A stretch of 64,000 nt of DNA from a virus. Each line of letters opens with the position of its first letter. Positions within the stretch are counted from its first letter, which is position 1. Positions 10,076 to 18,500 of this stretch are shown piece after piece. The notes beneath the pieces were generated by a model that did not search any database, had not been told where the DNA came from, and saw only the letters and a program-made list of their open reading frames with translations. The position numbers and the translations under genes are program-made. Where the stretch lies: IMG/VR virus record IMGVR_UViG_3300042482_000285; one strand, 5' to 3'.

Positions 10076-10301
10076 TATTCCAGCACTGATTGCTGATATA
10101 GATTGTAAACTAGCTTCTCTTGCAAACAACTTATACAACAATGTTGTATTTATGTTGAACCAGCCTGTACCTGGAGGGGCAATGCTGGCTCTTATAAACT
10201 ACAGAAGAATACTTGCTTATAAGTATTGTAACCCCGATTATGCTGCTCCATTCACGGTGAACATGATTGCGAGTAGAGTAAAACTTTTAAAATATAAATA
10301 A
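10035..10301 (+). CDS. Small protein (88 aa) carrying a CP-x-C-A ... L-x-x-L N-terminal motif shared with fibre proteins
   Basis: SCPECASIPALIADIDCKLASLANNLYNNV resembles CPTCAVFENALCILYNGEYLPN of ORF 45906. Its stop abuts the ATG of the tail-collar fibre gene (TAAATG). Confidence 0.35.
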   Translation: MLSPRLTSCPECASIPALIADIDCKLASLANNLYNNVVFMLNQPVPGGAMLALINYRRILAYKYCNPDYAAPFTVNMIASRVKLLKYK

Positions 10302-11405
10302 ATGTCCAACATTTGTTCAAATTGCTATAACGGTTGTGTAGAAACAACATCTGATCAATGTGTAAGATATACGGGTGTAGATGTTCCTATTTTGGGAATC
10401 AAGACAGGAGACTCTCTTTCGTATGTTGAGCAAGCATTGATTACATTTCTCACATCTACGCTTGATGGAAGTGGAATAATCCTACCCATCAACCCTCAAA
10501 TTATTTGCGAGATTGTAAGTAAGAATCTTGTATCATGTGAAGACCTTAGTCTTCCAAACGTAATTAGTGCAATCATCCAAGCTGTATGTGAATTAGACAC
10601 ACGCGTTACTGCTCTAGAGGATGATTTTGCTGCTTTAGAAGCATCTTACAGTGTAGGATGTCTTACAGGTGTAACTGGTTCCTCTGGAACACATGCAATC
10701 CTGCAAGCTGTTATTACAAAGCTTTGTGGCTTAGAAGTGGAGCTTGATGCTCTTGCTCTTGATGTAGACACAAACTACGTTAAGCTTGCTGACCTCAACT
10801 CTCTAATTGCTGCATATTTAGCTAGTGTTGGAACTAGCAGTAAGTATTACAACCGCATGGTTCCTTATGCTGTTGTAGAATACTATGGCACATTGACAGG
10901 TAAGTTTGATGGTACAGGTGCTGGTATAGTTGGAACTGATTGGGAAAAGATTTATCTGTGTAATGGTAACAACGGCACTCCTGATAAAAGAGGACGTGTA
11001 CCAGTTGGTGCTACAACAGGTATGGGTGGAGGAGCTTTCAATCCTGCAGTGGATCCTGGTGTAGCTGGTAATCCTGCTTATGCCTTATTAGGAACTGCTG
11101 GTTCTAATAGTGTAACTCTTTCAGCTACAGAAATTCCTGCTCACTCTCACTTGGCTACAGCCACTGTATCTGATCCTGGACACTTGCATACAATTGCATA
11201 CGCCCATGGACAAGCTGACCAGAATGAACCTGGTGTATATGGTGACCTTATGGATATGAATGGCACAAAGAGTTCGTCCACTAGCACAAACACAGCAGTT
11301 ACAGGAGTTTCTGTGGCAGTGAGTGTTGGTTCTACAGGAGGCGGATTAGCCCACGCTAACTACCAGCCTGGTCTGGGATGTTACTACATTATGTATATTC
11401 CTTAA
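10302..11405 (+). CDS. Tail fibre protein with a phage tail-collar domain
   Basis: TLSATEIPAHSHLATATVSDPGHLHT matches the tail-collar / MdpB motif (L-P-x-H-x-H). Cys-rich N-terminus C-x2-C-x3-C ... Y-x-G ... ALITF, similar to the N-termini of ORF 45906 and the giant fibre. Confidence 0.7.
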   Translation: MSNICSNCYNGCVETTSDQCVRYTGVDVPILGIKTGDSLSYVEQALITFLTSTLDGSGIILPINPQIICEIVSKNLVSCEDLSLPNVISAIIQAVCELDTRVTALEDDFAALEASYSVGCLTGVTGSSGTHAILQAVITKLCGLEVELDALALDVDTNYVKLADLNSLIAAYLASVGTSSKYYNRMVPYAVVEYYGTLTGKFDGTGAGIVGTDWEKIYLCNGNNGTPDKRGRVPVGATTGMGGGAFNPAVDPGVAGNPAYALLGTAGSNSVTLSATEIPAHSHLATATVSDPGHLHTIAYAHGQADQNEPGVYGDLMDMNGTKSSSTSTNTAVTGVSVAVSVGSTGGGLAHANYQPGLGCYYIMYIP

Positions 11406-11426
11406 CAGTTAAACTCTTTATATAAA

Positions 11427-11954
11427 ATGATATACCTTCCACAAAATCCATGCTGTACAACGATTCCAGTTGTTACCTGCGGATGTGATCCTTGTAGTAC
11501 GCCCCTTACACCAACTAACAATGTTACATACAGCGGACCTAATTTATCTTGTACATTAATCGCAACATATGACACAGCAACCGTGGCTTTCCAAAAGATT
11601 GACACTCAAATCTGTAGTCTTAAACAACAGATCTACAATCTTCAGGTGGCCTTAGGTAATTGCTGTCCAACCACTACAACAACATCTACTTCTACAAGTT
11701 CGACAACAACAACCACAACAACCATCGCTTGTCCTTCTTGTTTGTTCTATTCTGTGACTAATTCAACGTTGTCACCTGTTAGTATATCCTACTACCAGTG
11801 TGGAGGAACTCTTGTAAACACTTCTGTAGCGGGTCCTAGCATCATCTATGTATGTGCTTGCGCAGGAACATTAGTTGTGCCTCCTGTACCAGGTGTGTCA
11901 TCAGCTAATCTTGGGGCATGTCCTACAACAACCACTACAACAACTGTAGGGTAA
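11427..11954 (+). CDS. Cys-rich, poly-Thr protein (175 aa)
   Basis: CCTTIPVVTCGCDPC N-terminus; two poly-Thr/Ser tracts (TTTTSTSTSSTTTTTTT; TTTTTTTVG). Confidence 0.5.
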   Translation: MIYLPQNPCCTTIPVVTCGCDPCSTPLTPTNNVTYSGPNLSCTLIATYDTATVAFQKIDTQICSLKQQIYNLQVALGNCCPTTTTTSTSTSSTTTTTTTIACPSCLFYSVTNSTLSPVSISYYQCGGTLVNTSVAGPSIIYVCACAGTLVVPPVPGVSSANLGACPTTTTTTTVG

Positions 11955-11963
11955 AGTAATAAA

Positions 11964-12028
11964 AAAGCTCTGTTTGTTGGTTTTCAGAGCTTCTCCCTAG
12001 GGTTTCTACCCTGGGGAGTTTTTTATTT
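11964..12028 (+). terminator. Tandem rho-independent terminators closing the head/fibre operon
   Basis: AGCTCTG (11966-11972) / CAGAGCT (11985-11991) hairpin. Then CTCCCTAGGG...CCCTGGGGAG (11993-12018) followed by TTTTTTATTT. Confidence 0.55.
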
Positions 12029-12072
12029 ATAACCAACTTGGTTAGAATGGATAACGGGAAAGGTTAAAATAA

Positions 12073-12105
12073 TTTGGAAAATATCAAAAAACCTTCGTAC
12101 CTTTA
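12073..12105 (+). promoter_or_regulatory. Candidate Bacteroidota-type promoter (TTTG -N21- TACCTTTA)
   Basis: TTTG at 12073-12076 and TACCTTTA at 12098-12105, against the consensus TTTG-N19-21-TAnnTTTG (last G replaced by A). It lies 22 nt upstream of the ATG at 12128, right after the terminators. Confidence 0.3.
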
Positions 12106-12127
12106 GGGCAATTTTAATTATAAAAAG

Positions 12128-13384
12128 TTGCAAATGCCTGAAAATCAATCTCTTCTGCAACAGCTGGAGCAAATGCTTCACTGGAAAAAGAGCAAAAAGT
12201 TCTATGCAGACAAACTAAACATCACAGAAAATGAGGTGGATGAGTTACTGAGGGAGTTGAAAGGATCAGAAGAAATACAGAATGACGCTGAGATTTCAAA
12301 CTATATTGGAGAGCTAGAAGACCATGTGGTAAGGTTTTTGGAGGATGTGCAGAAGGGAACAGGTGAGGTGGTGTTCAACTCTAAAGATGAAATCAAAAGC
12401 TTAGATGAGTTAATCGAGAAGTGCAATATTGACACAGAGAAGTGGGAGATAACTAAATACGTACAGAACTACTGGGGTAATGGTAACCAGCCTCACTGGC
12501 AGGTGAAAGCTTGGTTGGGTAAGAAGAAAGATGAGCAAGTGTTTCAGGACAGCTTTGTATCCTTCCTAGAAACCTATCAACCAGCATCTCCAGAAATAAT
12601 GGCTCCCAAATATGAGAAAGGTAAGAAAGATGCTTGCCTAATCATTAACAAACAGGATTCCCATTTAAACAAGCTAGACATAGGAGGAGAGAACGATATA
12701 GACCAACGCTTTGGTGATTTCATCCAGAGGGTGGAAATAATCCTAAATCAATCTTCTCTATCTAACAATCTCACAGACATCAAATACATCATTGGTTCTG
12801 ATGAGTTCAATAGTGAATTCACTAACACAACTACAAAGGGAACTCCCCAACAAAACATCCTTTCATACCACGATGCTTTTCAGGCAATATGTGATCATGA
12901 GGTGAGCGTGATAAACCTGCTCCTTCAGAAAGGAGAAAATGTGGATGTTATATTTGTAGCTGGTAATCATGATGAATATGTAGGATGGCATTTAGCCAGT
13001 TGGTTACAAACCTACTTCAGAAACGAGGAGCGTGTGTTCTTTGACATCTCTCCAAGATATAGGAAGTATGTAAGCTATGGCACCTCAGCATTAATGTTCA
13101 ATCATGGAGATGCTCTGAAGCCTGCAAAGCTTGCTGGTTTATTCCCTATGGAATTTAAAAGTGAGTGGTCAGATCATGAGAATTTCTACATATTTACAGG
13201 TGATAAACACCATGAAATGAGTCTTGATTTCAATGGTATTAAGTTCTATCAGCTCCCTGCATTCTCTACAGCCAAAAGTGGCTGGGATGATAAGAATGGA
13301 TACACCATCACTAAAGGTGAGGTGACTGGGTTCTTGATAGATTTACAAGACGGAATAACGAATATATTCAAACAGTATTTATAA
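12128..13384 (+). CDS. Calcineurin-like metallophosphoesterase (418 aa) with a distinct ~150-aa N-terminal domain
   Basis: Metallophosphatase motifs in order: QDSHL (D-x-H), FGDFIQR (GD...R), VAGNHDE (GNHD/E), FNHGD, TGDKHHE (GxHH-like). Confidence 0.55.
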   Translation: MQMPENQSLLQQLEQMLHWKKSKKFYADKLNITENEVDELLRELKGSEEIQNDAEISNYIGELEDHVVRFLEDVQKGTGEVVFNSKDEIKSLDELIEKCNIDTEKWEITKYVQNYWGNGNQPHWQVKAWLGKKKDEQVFQDSFVSFLETYQPASPEIMAPKYEKGKKDACLIINKQDSHLNKLDIGGENDIDQRFGDFIQRVEIILNQSSLSNNLTDIKYIIGSDEFNSEFTNTTTKGTPQQNILSYHDAFQAICDHEVSVINLLLQKGENVDVIFVAGNHDEYVGWHLASWLQTYFRNEERVFFDISPRYRKYVSYGTSALMFNHGDALKPAKLAGLFPMEFKSEWSDHENFYIFTGDKHHEMSLDFNGIKFYQLPAFSTAKSGWDDKNGYTITKGEVTGFLIDLQDGITNIFKQYL

Positions 13385-14112
13385 TGTCAACTTTTAGGAA
13401 GTTAGTTTCAGATGTACGCTCTATGCACAAGTTGCTCTCCACGGACAACTTGATCACGGATAGAGCTGTCATGTCTGAAATTAAGAACAATGCCTTCCTC
13501 CTGATAAAGCGTGAGACTAATCTGAGGAAGTTATGGGCAACCGATACAGTTTTTACCACCATTCCCTGCTTGGAGATGGTGGAAGTTCCTATTTCTGAGT
13601 GTTGTGATTATGCTGATCCTTGTACAGTGGCTAGAACAAAGTTCAAGCTTCCTAGGATTACAGAGGGTAATTATCAATATGTCATTCAGGGTGTTTATTC
13701 AATTAACGCCATGAGTGGTCAGGGAAAGAAACTTAAGGAAATAACCATCAACCGATACGTAAACTTGCTCAAGCTTCCAATCATTAAGAAGGAAGAATAC
13801 TACTGGATTTCTAATGGGTATCTGTATGTGAACAATCCACTCCTAAAAGCAATCAGATTTGTTGCTCTTTTCGAGGAAGATGTTCCAAATGAGATAATGT
13901 ATCCAGAATGTGGATGTGGCACTCCAGACTATACACCAGAACAACTGTGTGTAAATCCATTAGACAAAGAATCCCCTGTTCCTGGCTACCTGGAAAAGCA
14001 GGTGTTGGAACTCACTTCTCAGAAGCTTCTCTCTACGTATTTCAAATTGAAGACAGACATCACAAGTGATGGAGTTGATGGTCAAGCACCTAACGCTCCA
14101 AACTTGAGATAG
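13384..14112 (+). CDS. Hypothetical protein (242 aa)
   Basis: ATG overlaps the upstream stop (TAATG); contains CGCGTPDYTPEQLC. Confidence 0.45.
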   Translation: MSTFRKLVSDVRSMHKLLSTDNLITDRAVMSEIKNNAFLLIKRETNLRKLWATDTVFTTIPCLEMVEVPISECCDYADPCTVARTKFKLPRITEGNYQYVIQGVYSINAMSGQGKKLKEITINRYVNLLKLPIIKKEEYYWISNGYLYVNNPLLKAIRFVALFEEDVPNEIMYPECGCGTPDYTPEQLCVNPLDKESPVPGYLEKQVLELTSQKLLSTYFKLKTDITSDGVDGQAPNAPNLR

Positions 14113-14114
14113 AC

Positions 14115-14591
14115 ATGAGAATAAAGATAGACTGGAGAAGCGCCAGCAAAGAAAACTACAACAGTTTCTGTAAGAAACATCCGTCCATCAAACTCACTTT
14201 CGATCAATGGAGAAACATCATCTATTCATTTAATGATGCTTTCAAAGAATACATCCTTGAGACAGGAGAACGAGCAAAGCTACCTTTTGGTTTTGGTGAG
14301 TTTGCTATAAACAAGAAAAAGCGCAGGAAGATAAAAGGAGTTGATGGGAAAGAGTTTGTAAACCTTCCTATTGATTGGAAAAAGACAAGGGAGAAAGGCA
14401 AGCGCATCTACAACTTTAACTTTCACACAGAAGGCTTCTTCTTTGGATGGATGTGGTTCAAGACAACAGCTAGATTCAAACATTCTCAGCTGTGGTATTT
14501 TAAACCTTCCAGAAACACGTCTAGGCTTCTTTCACATTACATAAACGCTGATGATAAATATCAGCATCTCTATCACGAATGGAAAAAGTAA
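14115..14591 (+). CDS. Basic hypothetical protein (158 aa)
   Basis: Lys/Arg-rich (NKKKRRKIKGVDGKEF), Trp-rich. Confidence 0.45.
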   Translation: MRIKIDWRSASKENYNSFCKKHPSIKLTFDQWRNIIYSFNDAFKEYILETGERAKLPFGFGEFAINKKKRRKIKGVDGKEFVNLPIDWKKTREKGKRIYNFNFHTEGFFFGWMWFKTTARFKHSQLWYFKPSRNTSRLLSHYINADDKYQHLYHEWKK

Positions 14592-14596
14592 AATAG

Positions 14597-15568
14597 ATGT
14601 CATACTATTACAAATATAATTTCATCAGCCCTGAGCCTGTGTATTCCACTGTAAAGGAGGAATTCAAAAGCTATTTTGATACAGGAGCAGTTGATGATTT
14701 GATGTTCCCCACCTACTTGGATAAGTGTCTAAGGAAGCTGGGTAGAACCACATATGTGATTTCTCAGGAAATCCTACACATTAATGACTATCAGGCTAGA
14801 CTTCCAGACAACTTCTTTGCTGTTCGTGAAGCATGGTTGTGCACAGCTGTAAATGGTTTCCCTTATCAGCAAGCTAATTCATTCTACTCACAAGCTGCTA
14901 CATCTACAACAATTCAGGTGAGCCCTATCACCACAGATTGTGCCATCCCTAGTCCTTGTTGTGGTAATGTAGGATGTGATGGATCTTGTATGCCTGAATT
15001 GGTTCAGACAGTATACAAGACTAACAACCAGGCTCCTGTTCTCTATCAAAGAGAATACTTACTAAAACCTGGTAATATATCCGCACAAGGTAACTGTGGT
15101 GTAGACTATACCAACAACTGGGAGTTTTATGCACAGGCACCTCCTATTAATGAGTTCACTCCTGGTTCCTCTTGGTATGACTCATTTGACATTAGAGACA
15201 ATAAGTTTGTCACCAACTTCCGTAATGGCGTGGTGCATCTTCTTTTCTACGCTACAGAGTATGACGCTGGTGGAAATCAGCTGATTCCTGACAACTATCG
15301 TATCAGAGAGTTTATTGAGGCTTTCATCAAATACAAAGTGATTGAGACCCTCACTAACCAAACTAACGATGAGACGTTCAACCAGCTTCAGACCAAGCTT
15401 GCGTTCTACAAACAACAGGCTGATGAGGCATTTATCATGGCTGATATTGAGATCAAGAAGCAAGATCCTTGGACTAAGCAACGTAGGATTAAGAACGACC
15501 TTAACAGATTTAATATGTATGAACTCCCCAATCGTACCAATAGATATGGTTGGAGACGTAATAACTAA
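14597..15568 (+). CDS. Hypothetical structural protein (323 aa)
   Basis: Contains the Cys cluster CAIPSPCCGNVGCDGSC. Confidence 0.45.
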   Translation: MSYYYKYNFISPEPVYSTVKEEFKSYFDTGAVDDLMFPTYLDKCLRKLGRTTYVISQEILHINDYQARLPDNFFAVREAWLCTAVNGFPYQQANSFYSQAATSTTIQVSPITTDCAIPSPCCGNVGCDGSCMPELVQTVYKTNNQAPVLYQREYLLKPGNISAQGNCGVDYTNNWEFYAQAPPINEFTPGSSWYDSFDIRDNKFVTNFRNGVVHLLFYATEYDAGGNQLIPDNYRIREFIEAFIKYKVIETLTNQTNDETFNQLQTKLAFYKQQADEAFIMADIEIKKQDPWTKQRRIKNDLNRFNMYELPNRTNRYGWRRNN

Positions 15569-15573
15569 CAGTA

Positions 15574-18500
15574 ATGGCTGAACAGGAACAAGGCAATATT
15601 AGACAGGAGTATAACAATGCTACCACAGGTCTTAACATGGACCAAACCCCTAACCAAATTGCGAAGGGGAAATTAACGTATGCATTAAATGCTGCTGTTG
15701 AGAATTATGATGCTAATTCTGTAAACTATCAGAATGAGCCTGGGAACGAACTTTGTGTTACGTTCCCTTCTGGCTTTGTGCTTATAGGTAACCACTTCAT
15801 CCAAGAGAAGAGCAAACATATATTCTTCATCACCAATCCTGATACAGGAGATAGTCAGATTGGATATATGGAGAACAACGACTGTATTTATCGTGTGGTT
15901 GTAAATGCTCCTTGCCTCAACTTTAGTACCAACTATCCCATCCACAAGGTGGCGCATAAGATAACTAATTGCACCACAGAGATTTATTGGACAGATGGAT
16001 TCAATCCTAGGAGATATTTGGACATTGACAACATTCCAAAAGTTCTAAAATCTGGAACTCCTTTCTGCGATCCGAAATATACAGATGATCTGGATTGTAA
16101 CCAGCTCAAACTTCAACCCAACTTTAACATCCCTCAACTGGAGGTAACTGATGTTGCTAGCACAGGAAACCTGATTGCTGGTACATACCAGTTTGCTATT
16201 CAGTATTCTGACGCTCAGGGTAATCCCTACACTTCCTATTATTCTGTTACCAACCCAACACCTATTGCTGATAAGTTCATTACATCAGTGAACTTCAACT
16301 ATGCTGTTGGAAAGTCCATCATCCTCAATATAAGTAACCTTGAGGACACTGGATTGTATCAGTATTTCAACCTAGCAGTGATTAAGACAGTGAATGACAT
16401 CACTTCTGTTGAGTTGGTTGGCACTTATTACATTGATGCTGTTCAGAAGGAAATCACATACACTGGTCAGAACGTTACACAAATCAGACTAACCATCAAT
16501 GATATATTCGAGAAGTTCCCTTATTACGACATTGCACAAGATCTCACTGTTGCACAGGATGTCTTGATATGGGACAACCTTACATCTATTGATCGTATCA
16601 ACTACCAAAGCATTGCTAGTCAAATTCCTCTGTTATGGGAAAGCTGGAGAATTCCTGCTGACCAAAACTATGCAGATGAATTGAATGCCACTAACCTCAG
16701 AGGTTATCTGAGAGATGAAGTGTATGCTTTTGAGATAGTGTTCTTACTTAAGAACGGTAAACAAACTGATGGGTTTCATATTCCTGGTAGAATCAAAGGT
16801 CCTGCAGAGAACCTGCAACCCGATGTACCAGACACCAACCCAGACTTTATAGGCATTCCTGATTACACATCTGGGGGAGTGGGATATAGCCCGTATTGGA
16901 AAATCTACAATACAGGATCTGTACTTGGTACAAGTCCTGGATATTCTCCAGCTCCTGACTACAGAGGTGCTTATCAATATGGTGAGTTTGGTTATTGGGA
17001 ATCAGCTGACACCTACCCATGTAACAAAGATGTATGGGGCGATCTTGCTGGCCAACCTATCAGACACCACAAGTTCCCTGATATAAATGTAAGTCCTGCT
17101 TACGAATCTAAGATATTTACAGGACCTTCAGGTATGGTGATGGGTAATGATGCTGTGTTCCCTATTGGTGTACAGATTGATGTACAACTAGTGAGCTCAC
17201 TCATTCAGACATCCAACCTTACACCAGAGCAAAAAGATGATATTGTAGCATTCAAAATCATCCGTGCTGATCGTGGTACAAACAAATCTATTGTTGCTAA
17301 AGGCATCCTTAGGAACGTAAACACATATGAGAGGGAAGAAGAAACTTACTACTACCCTAACTACCCATACAACGATCTTAACTCAGATCCATTCCTCAAT
17401 ACAGCAAACAATGCCTATTCACAAATCTGTGATGGGTACACTGTATTTATAGATACACTTGTTGTAGACCCTGCAGGTGGACCTTCTTTTGCTGAGGTGG
17501 AATACACTGATTGTAACACAAACAAAGCAACAAAGAAGAAATACTTTGCAATAGATCAATATCCACTTTGTTCAATTGGCAAACCTAGAATCCTTGGTCC
17601 TGCAACAGGAAGGGTGGGACTTTCTACATATGAAGTGTGGACAGCTCAGGTTTGTAATCCTAGCCCTTTTGCATTTGCCAGAGGTGGTAGAATTGAATGG
17701 AATGACATCTATACAGGCATCACTACACAATGGATAAATGGATGGCCCACTTCTCCAGTGTATACATTATATGTAGTTCCTGGCACAGGTGGTCCTGTAC
17801 AGATTGAAGGCCCTGGTGAAATATGTTTCACTGGACCTACATTAGTGACAGGAGCTAATTGTAAAGCTGAAACTCCTCAACCTGGATTTACAGAGAAGTA
17901 CAGACAGATATTCAACTCTCCTGAAACTTCTTTTGGACAGCCATTCTTAGGTGGTGTTCTGAAGCTTGAGAGTGTAATGTTTGGTAGAGGTAAGGGTCAC
18001 TTTGTTGAGGTGAGAGATAACGCCAAGTATAAACTCTTAACAGAAGAAGCTCAGCGTGATGCTCTTGAAAGTGCTGAAGAACTAGGTGATGTAACCACAC
18101 CGTTTAATGCCACTGCTATGTTCACAGCATATCAGGCGTATTTAACCATCTATGTGAATGGTATCACGAGGAAGAACTATGCCTACTCTTTCAACTCTAT
18201 AGGTGATTATAACTATGGAGTGGGAGTTCCTGATAATCAAGGGATTAAGCAAAGAACTCTTGACATCGCTAGATATTTGATTCCTGGAGTGCAGAACGTT
18301 GGTGATCTATACAACATCAACAACTTCCAGAGAGAATCATCTGTCTACCTGAGAACCGATCTTAACAAGACAGCGCTTCCTTTCCCAGACCAAAGTCCTA
18401 ACATGTTGTCTGCAGGAAGCCCAATAGTTACAGACATATCAAGATTCACTATATCAGAAAGAAGCAAATGTCAAGCTCCTGCTAAGGAAGAAGACATGTC

